The notes: generated by a model not told the origin, from the sequence alone. DNA of 64,000 bases from an uncultured Gammaproteobacteria bacterium (GCA_963797555.1 CAWCPV010000002.1:32001-96000); one strand, 5' to 3'. Counted from the stretch's first letter, positions 1-11,750 are shown. A program made the numbers and translations.

Positions 1-859
1 ACGGCGGCGGTGACGGTGTCGAGAAAGTCCTGGTAGGACGCCACCGAGGGGAACTCGGCACTGCCCCGGGCCAGAAGGCGCTGCACGATACGGCGCTTCA
101 AATGCCCGTGGGGTGACTCGATGCTGCCGTTCTCGTGGCAGGCCCCGGGGTTGTTGCGCGTCGGCCTCATCCCATAATGGGCGCAGAGCGCCGCGTAGCG
201 CGCCGCAAGGTCGTGCTGGGCCTCAGCCGAGAGGTTCTTGAACGCCGCCGAGAGGCTGTCAGTGCGGTGCTCGGCCGGTGCACCGCCCAGGCGCAGCAGC
301 GCCTGGCTCAGCCCCTCGGCGAGCGCCGTGAAGCTCTCCCCGCCCAGCACCACCCGCACCGTGCACCAGCCGCTGTAGGCCAGGCGGAAATGGTAGAGGC
401 GGTGGGCGAGCGGCTCGCCGGCGATGGTGACGGTGACGTCCTTGAGCACGGTGAAATCCGACAAACCCCGCAGTCCCGGGACCTGCTGCTGTGGGAACAT
501 CACCTCCTTCTCGGGTCCATGCGCCGCCCGCCAGGCCTTCACCCGGCGCTGCAAGGTGCGCAATAGCTTGTCCGGGTACTGGCCCGGATGGCGCTCCTGG
601 AGCCCTTCCAAGAGCGTCAGCGCGTGCAGTGCCGGGGTGTGCTCAAGCAGTGGGACCAGCTCGCTGTCCCACACGGTGTCAAAGGGGTCGCGGCGCGTTC
701 GATACCGCCGCGCGCCCCGCGGTGCTCGACGCTCGTCCCGCTCGTCAAGACGGCGCGCCGTGCGCTCCGAGAAACCCGCCTTGGCGGCGGCGGTTACTTG
801 GTTCTTACCTGCGGTTCTCTGTGACATATAGACCTTGACCTTTGCGGTGTGACGGCCAT
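1..859 (-). CDS. istA: IS21-family transposase IstA, 5' part (open at window edge, so absent from ORF track)
   Basis: Manual translation MAVTPQRVKVYMSQRTAGKNQVTAAAKAGFSERTARRL...RTLQRRVKAWRAAHGPEKEVMFPQ...SDFT...LYHFRLAYSGW; GGAGG RBS upstream. Confidence 0.85.
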
Positions 860-959
860 CCCTCCCCCCGAAGCATCGGATGTCAGAACGCCGCCAGTGT
901 GGCCGATCAACCGGACAAAGTAGTTGTCGCCAACCGGTCAACGTAATTGTCGCTCTATA
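1..959 (-). mobile_element. IS21-family element, left end (runs off window start)
   Basis: Minus-strand end TATAGAGCGACAATTACGTTGACCGGTTGGCGACAACTACTTTGTCCGGTT contains the twice-repeated GCGACAAyTACkTTGwCCGGTT subterminal motif typical of IS21 ends; followed by IstA-like ORF. Confidence 0.8.
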
Positions 960-1200
960 CCTTTTCCTTCGGCTTCTGGGGCGCAACGCCGAGGGACTGG
1001 GACGCGGTGACGCCGGCATGGCTCTGGCGCTGTCCTTCCTCGTGCCGGTCGCGGTCTACACCTCGCTCGCCCTCGCTCTCTTGGCCGCTGTGACTGCGCT
1101 CACCGCCCGGCGCCGCGGTCGCGCGCTGCACCTGAGGCTCGCCGCAGTGGTCGTCGCCTTGCTGCCGGCGGCCTTTCTGCTACTCGTCGATTTGCTATAG
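960..1200 (+). pseudogene. 3' remnant of a small membrane protein truncated by IS21
   Basis: Hydrophobic ORF (ALSFLVPVAVYTSLALALLAAV...VVVALLPAAFLLLVDLL) starting at the IS21 boundary without its own start. Confidence 0.4.
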
Positions 1201-1442
1201 CCTTGCACCAGCCCCATAGGGCGTCGCCATCGCCCGCCTTTACGGTCCCCGGTCCCCGGACACCGATCCCCATGCTTGCAACCGCCCCATAGGACCTCGC
1301 TATCGCCCGCGACCTGCGCCGGCAGGCGAGGGGAGCGACTGGAACGACGTGCTGATGGGCGGCAAGCTCAACGGGATTTCGCGTCCCGCTGACCTGGCTG
1401 CCGTCGGGGGACAGGCTCCCGGGCGGAGGGCGCCGGGGGCGC

Positions 1443-2599
1443 CTATCGAGGAGGAGCGCGTCGGCCGCTATGAAGCGCCCCGCCGCCACCGGCAGCGTCA
1501 GGGTGCCTTCCTCGGTCAGATCCACGCGGCTGCCGAGCGGGTGGCATTCCCGGTCCAGGGTATCCCGCAGCCAGCGGCTGTCCTCGTCCACTGCGCGGTT
1601 CAGCCTGAAACGCCGGATCTGGAAGGGCCTCATCTCGAGTCGGACCAGACGCCCGTTCGACGGATCCAAGGCCGCGAGGAACGCCAGGGCGAGGTCGCCG
1701 CGATACTCCTCGTACCCCGCGATGCCCTCGTAGTCGTTCAGGAAGTCGCCGCAGCCGTAGAGGACGGGTTTGTCCCGGTAGACCTCGCTGCCGAGCCGAT
1801 GGTGGGAAGAATGGCCGTGCACGAGGTACGCCCGCCTCGTGGACGAGCTTGCGGGCGAACGCCCGGTGGCTGCGCGGAATGGCGTAACCCCAATTGCCGC
1901 CCCAGTGGAGGGGGGCGACCACCGGCGAGCTGGCGCACGGTCTCCTCCGAGAGATCCGGAAGAAGATTCACGCCGGCGTGCTCCCCGGTGGCGGCCCATT
2001 CCTCCGGGATGCCGCTCGTCTCTGACCCGAACGAGAACATGAGCGTCCGTCCCTTGCCGGGCACCTCCAGCATGGCCGGGGCTTGGGCTTCCGGTCGGTC
2101 GCGCCCGGCGCCCGCCGTCCTGATCCCCGCCCGGTGCAGCGCCCCCAGCGTCTCCAGCAGGCCGGCCGCGCCCCAGTCCAGCACATGGTTGTTCGCGAGC
2201 ACGCAGCAGTCGATCCCGGCGGCCCGGAGGCAGGGGACGCTGTCGGGATTGCATGCGGTAATTGATGCCCTTGGCCTCCCACTGCCCGCTCGCGGTGACG
2301 GCGGTCTCCAGGTTGACGATTCTCGCATCGGGCGCCGAGCGCCCGAGCACCTCCAGGGCATCCCCCCAGACGTAGGCGAAGTCCACGGGCCGCGGAATCG
2401 GGCCGTGCGCGGTTTCTGCCAGCTCGACATAGCCGAAGGCCGACTTCAGATAGGGTTCGTGGAGGTTCGGGTCCGAGGGGTGGGGCAGCACCTGGTCGAT
2501 GCCTCTGCCCGTCATCACGTCGCCGCACAGGAGCAGCTTCACGGCGGCCTCGTTGTTCGACCCGCCATGCCAGTCCTCGATGAAAGCTCCTCGGTCCAT
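1443..2599 (-). pseudogene. CapA-family (poly-gamma-glutamate synthesis/metallophosphatase-like) protein, frameshifted with internal deletion
   Basis: Motifs GDVMTGRGIDQ, VNLETAVT, LANNHVLDWG, LHWGGNWGY, HGHSSHH, LYGCGDFLNDYEG spread over three frames. Confidence 0.85.
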
Positions 2600-2639
2600 A
2601 GTCACCCTGCCTGGGTCGGATGCCGGAGGCGCGCGGTCG

Positions 2640-2825
2640 CCCGCAAAGCACGGAAAGCTGGGCGCGCTGCACTGCGGTGTGACCAGGGTGGGACTGGTGG
2701 TGGTCGCGGGAGAGCAGAAGCAAATCGCGGACGGCCAGGAGGTGATCATGGAAAGGACCCAGGTCCGAGTGTCGCGAAAAGGCGAGGAGTATACCTTCAG
2801 CCGGCACGCGGCCGCGGCCGCCTAG
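2640..2825 (+). other. Possible 3' end of a small hypothetical protein
   Basis: Protein-like stretch LHCGVTRVGLVVVAGEQKQIADGQEVIMERTQVRVSRKGEEYTFSRH upstream of mobA; no clear start. Confidence 0.25.
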
Positions 2826-2891
2826 AGGCTGTCCCGGTTCCCCCGGTTCGCCGACGTGGCCCGGGGCGTGTCGGATGGCGGGAGGAGGGAG

Positions 2892-3507
2892 ATGGGAGCG
2901 TATTGGACAAGTCGGAAATCACCGGGGCGATCCTTGCGGGTGGACGCGCACGGCGCATGGGGGTGAGGACAAGGGGCTGATGGTGCTCGACCGCCGGCCC
3001 ATGATCGAGTACGTCGTGCAGGCTCTCCGTCCCAGGTGGCTGCGCTTCTCGTCGCCGCCAACCGCAACCAGACGGGTTATCCATGGCTGTGCGGTTCCCC
3101 TGTGGTCCCGGACCGGGTGGAAGGTTTCGCCGGGCGCCTGGCCGGCGTGGCCAGCGCGCTGCAGGCCCACGACCCTCTATGCGCTTGCCGTGCCCTGCGA
3201 TTCCCCGTTCGTGCCGCCGGACTTGGCGGACAGACTGCTGGACGCCTTGCTGGGGCGCGCTGCCGAGGTCGCCGTGCCCCACGACAGCGAGCGATTGCAG
3301 CCGGTGTTCGCCCTGATGAGACGCGATTTGTTGCCCAGCATCGACGCCTACCTGCAGGCTGGGGAGCGCAGAGTGGATCGCTGGTACGCCCGGCATCGGA
3401 GGGTCCCGGTGCACATGTCCGACGTTCCCGAGGCGTTCGTAAACGTCAATACGCCGGAGGACATGGCTGCGCTGGAGCGTCGCCTCGCGCGGGCCTCCGC
3501 ATGCTGA
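2892..3507 (+). pseudogene. mobA: Molybdenum cofactor guanylyltransferase, frameshifted
   Basis: ITGAILAGGRARRMG(G)EDKGL, ANRN, VPCDSPF, LQPVFAL, FVNVNTPED motifs in different frames. Confidence 0.85.
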
Positions 3508-5134
3508 GACACGCGACGGTACCGGTCCTCGGGCTCGCGGCCTTCAGCGGTACTGGCAACACCACCTTGCTGCGGAAGCTCATCCCGCTGCTGCGCGCGC
3601 AAGGTCTGCGCAGAGCTATGCTCGAATCTGGTGTACGGGGTTTGAGTGAGGCGGCGTATCCGGCTGGAATGTGAAGGGACCAGAGACACAAGCCAGCCGT
3701 GGAGGATACGCCGATGGATAACGATAGACCGATGGACGGCAGAGTGCCAGAGGGCGAGACGAGCGACCTGCTGACCGAACTTCTGAGAACGGGAGCGCGG
3801 CAACTGATTGCGCAGGCGGTGGAAGCGGAGCTGACCGAATTCCTGGGGCAGTTCCAGGGCGTGAAGTCGTTGGATGGCCGGGCGGCTGTGGTGCGAAACG
3901 GCTACCTGCCAGAGCGTGAGATCCGGACGGGTGTGGGGCCGGTCGCGGTGAAGGTGCCCAGGGTGCGAGACCGCAGTGGGTCAGGCATTCGGTTCCACTC
4001 CCGGTGCGGCGCACCAGGAGCTTGGAGGAGTTGCTGCCTTGGCTGTATTTGAAGGGAGTCTCCACGGGCGATTTTCAGGAGGCGTTGGCTTCATTGCTAG
4101 GCGAGCAGGCCGAGGGGCTGTCGCCTTCGACCCTCAGCCGGCTGAAACGTCAATGGGAAGAGGAGCACCAGCGCTGGGCACGCCGGGACCCCTCAGGCAA
4201 GCGCTACGTGTATTGGTGGGCCGATGGGGTGTACTTCAATGTGCGTGGGGAACAGGCGCGCGAATGCCTGCTCGTCATCGTCGGAGTGACCGAACAGGGC
4301 ACCAAGGAGTTCGTGGCCATTGAGGACGGCTTCCGGGAGTCGGAGCAGAGCTGGCTGGAGGTCCTGACGCGGCTCAAGCACCAGGGGCTGAAGGTCGGTC
4401 CCGAACTCGCCGTCGGCGATGGCGCTTTGGGCTTGTGGAAGGCGCTCACCAAAGTCTACGGCCAAACACGCCATCAGCGCTGTTGGGTGCACAAGAGGCT
4501 AACGTGCTGAACAAGCTCCCCAAGAGTCTCCAGCCGAAGGCCAAGAGCGCTCTTCACGAGATTCGGATGGCTGAAAGCCGCCACCAGGCGCAGAAGGCCT
4601 TTGAGGCGTTCCTCGACACCCACCGTGACAAGTATCCCAAGGCGGCACAGTGCCTGGAGAAGGACCGCCAGCAACTGCTTGCCTTCTACGACTTTCCAGC
4701 CGTGCATTGGCAGCACATCCGCACCACCAACCCCATCGAGTCGACCTTCGCCACAGTACGGCTTCGCACCGACAAGACGCGGGGTTGCGTGTCACGCCAG
4801 AGCTTCCTGGCGATGGTCTACAAGCTCGGCCAGAGCGCGGCCAAACGCTGGCGTCGACTCAGGGGCTTCGAACGCTTGGCCGAGGTCATTGCCGGGGTGA
4901 AATTCAAAGATGGAGTGCGTGTGGAAGCTGCGGAAGCCAACCGGATCGCCGCCTGATTCAGCCCATGCTCATACACCAGACTTGACTATATCTCGTCTGC
5001 GCATCGGAGCAATCAAGCACGCGCATTACACCTTCGACGTCGACCGTCCCGGGAAGGACAGCTACGAGCTGTGCAAAGCCGGTGCCTCCCGCGTGCTGGT
5101 GGCCTCCCGGCTGGGGCGGGCGTTGATTTGCTAG
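3501..5134 (+). pseudogene. mobB: MobB, interrupted by IS256 and 3'-truncated
   Basis: PVLGLAAFSGTG(N)TTLL..QGLR before the IS, RIGAIKHAHYTFDVDRPGKDSY after it; Walker A Lys changed to Asn; ends prematurely at 5134. Confidence 0.85.
3613..4994 (+). mobile_element. IS256-family element with frameshifted transposase (about 3714-4956)
   Basis: Imperfect IRs GAGCTATGCTCGAATCTGGTGTA / GAGATATAGTCAAGTCTGGTGTA; 9-bp TSD GTCTGCGCA at 3604-3612 and 4995-5003; motifs VRNGY, YWWADGVY, GDGALG, QRCWVHK, RTTNPIES. Confidence 0.95.
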
Positions 5135-5296
5135 GTGTTGGTTGCGAGGTTATGCTGAGCGGTGGTTGCTAGACTTTCGCGGCAACCGGGGTGGTCGCCG
5201 CGGGCGGCGGGAATGATTTTAGTGTAACAGGTATGCGGGAGGCGGCAAGGCGGCTATACTCGCGAATCATCAAAAGCGGGGGGAGGTGTCTTCAAG

Positions 5297-5818
5297 ATGA
5301 CGGTTAAGCAACTTTTTAGGATAAAGCAGTTTCGTGATATCAACGATGGAGACCTATTTATAGGCCGACTGGGAGACGGGGCCGTGATTCACGCAATCAA
5401 GGCGTTCCTGCCGGGTGAAGATGATGACCCGCCAAAGCCATTTATAGTGTCCGTCGGGCCATTTGCTAATGGGGATCAGCCTACAATCTACGAAGCATCT
5501 ATCTTGCGAGCTTCACCCGTCCTGGACGTGTCCTCGTACTACTCGTTCACCCCATCGCTTGCATCGGCTGACCTGGAGGGGTTGAACGGATACGCCGAGA
5601 GGGACTTGTTGGGCAAGGTGGTGCTACTTGACCAGGGTATGTATCTTGGTGCCATGTACCGCAGGGTTATGCAACTCGGCTTTCTTAATGTGGAAAGCGG
5701 GGCATTGGCCGTTAATCGACTTCCTGGAGAGCCAGCGATGGTGTCTTCCCGATGGCGGATAGAGGCAGCCGTGGAGAACTCGGCGCCGGAGATCATATTG
5801 GAGCACCGCGTAGAGTAG
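5297..5818 (+). CDS. Hypothetical protein (173 aa), lower-GC islet
   Basis: Intact ORF with GGAGG RBS, AT-richer composition, immediately upstream of TIR gene. Confidence 0.7.
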   Translation: MTVKQLFRIKQFRDINDGDLFIGRLGDGAVIHAIKAFLPGEDDDPPKPFIVSVGPFANGDQPTIYEASILRASPVLDVSSYYSFTPSLASADLEGLNGYAERDLLGKVVLLDQGMYLGAMYRRVMQLGFLNVESGALAVNRLPGEPAMVSSRWRIEAAVENSAPEIILEHRVE

Positions 5819-5838
5819 GTAGGATACCCGAGTATCCC

Positions 5839-6798
5839 ATGTGCGAGGTACTTTTCTCATATTCCCACCGGGACGAGGGGCTGCGCAACGAGCTGGAGAT
5901 CCATCTTTCCAGCTTGAAGCGTCAAGGTGTCATCACTACATGGCACGACCGGCGCGTAGGGGCTGGAGAAGAGGTACATGACGAGGTCAGCAGGCGCGTC
6001 GAGACTGCGGACATCATTCTCCTTCTGGTCAGTCCCTATTTCCTCGCTTCAGACTATTGCTATGAAGTGGAGATGCAGCGGGCCATGGAGCGGCACGAAG
6101 CGGGCGAGGCTCGGGTGATCCCGGTGATTCTCCATCCCTGTGACTGGCAGAGGGCGCCTTTCGGCAAGTTGCTGGCAGTCCCAACGGATGGCAAACCGGT
6201 GTCGAAGTTCCCGAACCAGCACGATGCGTTCCTAGAGATTACGCAGGCTATCCGCCAGGTGGCCGAGGACATGGGACGCCCAGTTGTACAGGCGCAATCA
6301 GGCAGCGAGCGACCTGCAGAACCGCCACCTGTCCCAATCGTCTCCGACATTCGGTCTAGTAACCTGCGTATGAAAAGGACGTTTTCGGACCGCGACAGAG
6401 ATCGTTTCCTCGATGAGGTATTCACTTACATCGCAAACTTCTTCGAAGGGTCCCTGGAGGAGCTTAAGAGGCGCAACCAGCAGGTAGATACCGCGTTCAA
6501 GCGGATCGACGCAAACCATTTCACAGCCGTGGTATACCGAAACGGCTCTATGGCCTCCAGCTGTAAGATCTGGCTAGGGGGCAGGCATTCTTTTGGTGGA
6601 GGAATTTGTTACTCGACGTTGATTACGTCGAACGATAACAGCCTCAACGAATCCTTATCGGTGAAAGATGACGGATACATTCTTTTTCTCCAGCCCTTGG
6701 GCATGCTGTCGCGTACCTATGGGGAGGAGCAGCAGTTCACCCCTGAGGGTGCTGCCGAGTACTTCTGGGCGGTCTTTATTGGGACGTTGCAGGGTTGA
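5839..6798 (+). CDS. TIR-domain protein (TIR_2-type N-terminus plus uncharacterised C-terminal domain)
   Basis: FSYSHRDE...WHDRRVGAGEE...ADIILLLVSPYFLASDYCYEVEM...VIPVILHPCDW; putative catalytic Glu present. Confidence 0.9.
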   Translation: MCEVLFSYSHRDEGLRNELEIHLSSLKRQGVITTWHDRRVGAGEEVHDEVSRRVETADIILLLVSPYFLASDYCYEVEMQRAMERHEAGEARVIPVILHPCDWQRAPFGKLLAVPTDGKPVSKFPNQHDAFLEITQAIRQVAEDMGRPVVQAQSGSERPAEPPPVPIVSDIRSSNLRMKRTFSDRDRDRFLDEVFTYIANFFEGSLEELKRRNQQVDTAFKRIDANHFTAVVYRNGSMASSCKIWLGGRHSFGGGICYSTLITSNDNSLNESLSVKDDGYILFLQPLGMLSRTYGEEQQFTPEGAAEYFWAVFIGTLQG

Positions 6799-6906
6799 GT
6801 TGAGGCGATGGGTCAGGTCCATCGTTGTAGCAGGTGCTCCGATGCGAGAACTGGCCCCAAATACCCCCCCCGAGCCTGCGAGCCCCCGTGCTTCGCCTGC
6901 CTCATC

Positions 6907-7151
6907 CCTGAATCCGCAGCCTGACTCGGCGAAACAACTAATAACAAGTTGATATATTTGGTATAATCCGGTTTTGCGAGTTTCACCCAATTGGTGCCAT
7001 GGCTCAAAATGTCCTCCACCCTTCTCGCGACCCGATTCCCACCTTTAAGCTCAAGCAAGGCAACGAACTGCTTACCGACCACGCCGGGCTTTCGCTGGTG
7101 GGTCTGGCCTTGGCGAAATTCGCCAAGGTCTGCCAGACACTGAGGGATTAA
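6907..7151 (+). mobile_element. IS1380-family left-end remnant with truncated transposase start (6999-7151)
   Basis: End CCTGAATCC, TATAAT box, ORF MAQ...FKLKQGNELLTDHAGLSLVG resembling IS1380 transposase N-termini. Confidence 0.55.
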
Positions 7152-7280
7152 AGGGGCCAGGCTCGGATATCTCTCGATTTAGCGAAACCCCAGCTTCATA
7201 AGCGGCTTGCCCGGTCATTCCCGGCCTGGGGTCCTAGCAGGATGCCCTGCTCCATAGTAGCCCCATGCGCCCGATACACC

Positions 7281-8015
7281 TCAGCGGGACACTCCGCCCA
7301 CAGACGACGGCGGGGCTGAGGTCGTAGCGGGGGTCACGGATAGTAGTTCCAGCTCGTAGGTCAGCACGCTGTTGGGCGGCAAACGCCCGAAGGCGTGGGC
7401 ACCATAGCCCAAATCCGGCGGCACGTAGAGAATCCACTTTGCCCCTGGCCGCATCCTCTGCAGGGCCTCCTGCCAACCGCGTAACGACCCGACCACCCGC
7501 ACCGTCACGGGCCGGCCTCGCGCGTTGGAGTTAGCGAAACCGGTGCCATCGGGTAGGGTGCCGCGGTACTGCACGGTCACCGTGTCGGCGAGCGTCGGCA
7601 TCGGGCCGCTGCCCTCCTTCAGGACCTTGTACTGCAAGCCGCTCGGCAGGACCTGCACTCCCGGCTTGTTCTTGTTCGCCGCGAGAAACGCCTGGCTCTT
7701 GTCGAGTTCCTTGGCCGCGAACGCCCGGGCGCGGAGGTTCTGCCGAACCGCCACGCGCTCGCGCAGCTCGACCAGCGTGCGGGTCATGGCCTGCGGGCTG
7801 AGCGCGGGTGTCTTGCCCTGCAGCCCGTCGCGCACGGCATCGAGCAGCATCTGCGAGTCCACCTCCACCTCCTGGCGCCGGATGTTGCTGCCGAACTCGT
7901 AGCCCAGGCTGTAGCTGTCCTTGGCCTTTTGACTTCCAGGCGGCACCTTCTCGGCAGCCCAGGCCGCCGGCCCCAGCAGACTCACCCCCAGCACAATCGC
8001 CACGGCTCGTCGCAT
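7281..8015 (-). CDS. FKBP-type peptidyl-prolyl isomerase, exported (Mip/FkpA-like)
   Basis: Signal peptide, SYSLG, LPSGLQYKVL, VTVQYRGTL, GWQEAL, PPDLGYG, PPNSVLTYELEL. Confidence 0.92.
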   Translation of the reverse strand: MRRAVAIVLGVSLLGPAAWAAEKVPPGSQKAKDSYSLGYEFGSNIRRQEVEVDSQMLLDAVRDGLQGKTPALSPQAMTRTLVELRERVAVRQNLRARAFAAKELDKSQAFLAANKNKPGVQVLPSGLQYKVLKEGSGPMPTLADTVTVQYRGTLPDGTGFANSNARGRPVTVRVVGSLRGWQEALQRMRPGAKWILYVPPDLGYGAHAFGRLPPNSVLTYELELLSVTPATTSAPPSSVGGVSR

Positions 8016-8108
8016 TGCGGTCCTCCAAGCGATTGCCAACCAGCGTCTTCCCAAACAAGAAGGCCGCGCAGGACGCGGCCCTCTTGCCGGGACTTTGCTC
8101 CCTCTACC

Positions 8109-10377
8109 CTAGTTTGTGACCTTGTAAGGCCGCATCATCTCGTTGTCCTCGTGGTCGATGATGTGGCAGTGCCACACGTAGCCGGGACCCTGGGTGGGGT
8201 CGAACGGATAGAAGTTCCTTCCCGCCTTCGCCGGTCCGACGCCCGTGCTGGTGGGGGTCCACCGCACTAGGATGCGTAGCACCTGGCCTGGCAGCGCCTT
8301 CGCGGTGTCCTTCCAGCCGGACTCCTCGGGGGCTGGCGGCATCGGTGCTCCCACCAAGTAGGGGGTGGGGTCGGGGTTGCCCCCGATAACAGGGACATGT
8401 TTATTGCCGTAGGGCAGGTTGGTCGTTGCCCCGCTGTTGTACGGCAGAGGCGGCCCGTAGTCGGGGCAGTACTCGCCGGCTGTGCAGCCCGGCGGCAGCG
8501 GCGCCGCACCAGGACTGCCGAAGGCAGCTGCCCATGCCGCGGGGTAGCCGGTCTCCTCGTCCGTGTTGAACGCCTGGCGGTTCAGGATCTGGAACTGGCT
8601 GAGATGCGTGTGCATGGGATGGGCATCCACCGTGAGATTGATGATCTCCCAGAGCCTCGGTGGAGCCCACCCGCGGCAGCTCGCTCACGCCGTCGGTCGG
8701 GAAGCTCGCCGCGATGTTGGGAGACTCCAGGCCGTCCCACTTGGTGTTGTTGACCAGCACCTCTAGCGGTCCCTCCGGCCCCTCGTTCTCCTTGAGCACC
8801 AGCCGCCGCACCCGATCGATCTTCGCAGGAGGGGAGAGAGCGCCGGCGCCGTTCGTCAGGCGGACCATGGGAACCTGCCTGGTGCAGCCGCCCTTCTGGA
8901 TCGGATCACAGCTCGTGTCCTTGCTGGTCGCCTTGGCAGCCACATGGAACTGCATGATGTTGGCCATGCCCGGCTGATCGACGCCCGGGACAAGCCCGTC
9001 CGGGAAGGGAACCGGCGCATCGTTGGTCACCGTGACGGTCTGCCCTTTGAGGGCTGTGAAGTCGACGATCAGGTCCGCCCGCTCCCCCGGCGCAATGAAT
9101 ACCGTCTGGACCGGCACCGGCTTATCCAGGTAAGCGTCGTCTGCGCCGATCTGATAGACCGGGGCGCCGCCGAAGCTCAGGTTGTAGAAGCGCGCATTCG
9201 ACCCCTCGATAATACGGAAGCGGTAGCGGCGCGGCTCGACGTTGTAGTACGGCCAGGGGGCGCCGTTGACGACCGCCACGTCCCCGATGAACTCCGGGAT
9301 CCAGAAGGGGTGCACGTCGGGGTTGGGCGGGGGCCCGTTCAGGCATGGGGGAGGGGGGGTCTCCTCGCTATCTCCGCAGCCCGGGTCGGAGCCGTCCGGA
9401 AAGTAAAGCTGGCTGTTGGTGTCGAACTGGCGGTCCTGGATGGCCATCTCGATCTGGTAGGGTCCGCTGGGGAGGTTCTTGGGCGCCACGGTGGGATCCT
9501 CGATGAAGTAGAAGGCCGCCATCCCACCGTACACGTTGGTGCGCGTGGCTCCCAGGGCGTGGTCGTGAACCCAGTCAGTTCCTGGCTCCTGGCTGTTCGG
9601 GTACCAGTACGTGGCCGTTCCCGGTGCCGGAGCGCCTACCGTGGAGTATCCAGGTCCGGTCAAGCCGTCGGAGGTGAACCACGAGTCCGGCCCGCCGTCG
9701 GACTGGGAGGGCACCTCGCCGCCGTGCAGGTGCGCCGTCGCCGGCGGTGAACCTCCAAACGGGACCCCGCAGGGAGTGTTGCCCGTGGTGATCGGCGCCG
9801 GGCAGTTCTTCATCCCGGAGTTTTGCAATGGATCTGCCCAATGGAGGGACTGGTCCACCGTCACCAGCCCCTGGACCAGACCTGTGCCCGCCGAAGGCAC
9901 GCCGGGGGCGGAGTTGGTCGGAGGGGTCGCGATCGGAGCAAGGTAAGCGGGCAGCTGGTTTACGTACGTGATGGTCGTCGAGACGTTGCGTGTGATCTCG
10001 AGGGTCACCGCCGGCCAGTTCGCCGGACCGAGCAGCGCGCCGGTGACGGCGTTGTTGGTCTGGTACGCCCAGACCCGAGTCGGGCCGAAGGTGACTCCAA
10101 GACCACAAGTATCCGAGGCGCCCTGCGGGAGCACCGCCTGATCGATCTCCCTCAGTGTCACTTGCAGATTCGGGTTCGCCGCAGCGTTCACGCGGGGAAT
10201 GGGCCCCGCCGGACCAAACACCGGCAGCGGCACGGCGAACTGGAGTATGCAGTCCCCGGGCAGCGCCGTCTGCGGCACCAGGTAACTGGCGGACGCACCG
10301 GGGGCGTAGCACGCGAGCCCGGCCAGGGTCGCGACGACCATGCATCTCATGTTCCATGAAACCGTCCTAATGGACAT
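8109..10377 (-). CDS. Multicopper oxidase (CotA/bilirubin oxidase-like), exported; one frameshift near 8650
   Basis: Copper motifs HLHG, WVHDH, HPMHTH, WHCHIIDHEDNEMM; N-terminal signal; split into 8401-10377 and 8109-8630 ORFs. Confidence 0.9.
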
Positions 10378-11750
10378 ACACTTAGCTCTTCCTCCTTAGC
10401 GCTTCTTTTCCGAGAACGGGACCCCGCACTCCACCCGCTGCGAATGCTGAAGCAGCGCAAAGCGAGAATGGCGCGGGTACGCGGTCGCCATGGCCGCGAT
10501 GGTCACTAGCTAACACCCGGCAAGTTTAGTGCAGTGAGGACAAATTTGCAGCACACGAGGATTTTCTTGCGCTGACGGAACTTTACCGAGGCGTCGGGCG
10601 CCGAGGGGCTCCGTAGGAGGGGACACGCCCCCCGGTGGGCGGCGGCGGGCCAGGTGAGAGGCGCGGACACCAGGCTCATGGCCTCAGCAAACGAGAGGAA
10701 TGGAGAGGCCCGCGAGAGTCGAAAGGAGCACCGACAATAATCCGGCGACGGAGGCGCCGGACGCCGCCGCACCGTTGCCGCGAAACGCCGAGGGGGTCAA
10801 CCCCGACAGCCGGCGGAGCACTCGGGCGAAATAGGGGGGTTGGCAAATTCCACGGCGTAGGCGATGTCGCCCACGGCCGCGCCGGGATTGCGGAGCATCT
10901 CCTGCGCCCTGACGCCGGCTGGGGAGGGGAGGCCGAGAAGCAACATGAAGAGGAAAGCATCGACACCAATACCTCGACCCGCCGCAACGATGTGCCCGCC
11001 CGCCAGCGCGACCGACGCTCGGCTTGGCCGGTTACGTCCGTTCCCGCTCACGAGCACCAGGGGGCGGCTCGTAGTTCTCCATGTCCGGGCGTCTCGCCAA
11101 AGCTTCGGTCCAGATATAAACACGCCCGGTTGCGATTTGTCGCAGGTAACGCTGGCCTGCGTAGAGGTGGGGTGCTCCCCGCGGGCGGCTGTTACCAAAG
11201 GCGGGAGCGGGCTCTGCGGCTGAGAGGTCGAATGCCGGGCTCTAGTCGAACAGTGCCGCCCACTCCGGTCGGCTCATACGGCGGGGGCTATCGTCGTTGA
11301 ATGTCCGGCCTCGAACGCATTTTTGCATTCCGCTGGGTGCACTGCATCCCTATGTCCGCTGTCCGCCACACTGCTGCCGATGTCGTGGCCGACGCGAATG
11401 GCGGTTGTGGGTCGGAAGCGGTCATCAGAGAAAGAGAGCCAAGCAGGCTGCCAGAAGTTTCTCTCCGCCGGCAGCCACTACCGAGTGCGCCACCAAGCGG
11501 CTCACGTGAATGATTCCCCTTTGACGGGGTTGCCAGCGCATGAATTGGCGTTTCTCGCTGCAGCACTGCACGACCGTCCTCCCACGCCGGTCCTGGCTAG
11601 GCACCCGACGCTCACAGGCCCTGGCAGATTCACACCCGGCAGATGCGCGTTGACCCCAGAGCGGTCGTTTGCCATAGTCCGCTGGTAAAGTCGTCCACGA
11701 CGGGCCGGGGGGCCGTGGCGTCCCCCCTCGCATTCTGGTGCTGGAACCAC

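Noticed and set aside
135-838. Plus-strand ORFs 135-566, 424-831 and 491-838
   Set aside because: Antisense shadows of the IS21 istA gene.
10400-11700. Assorted ORFs between the oxidase and parA
   Set aside because: No recognisable motifs or RBS; composition typical of spurious GC-rich frames.
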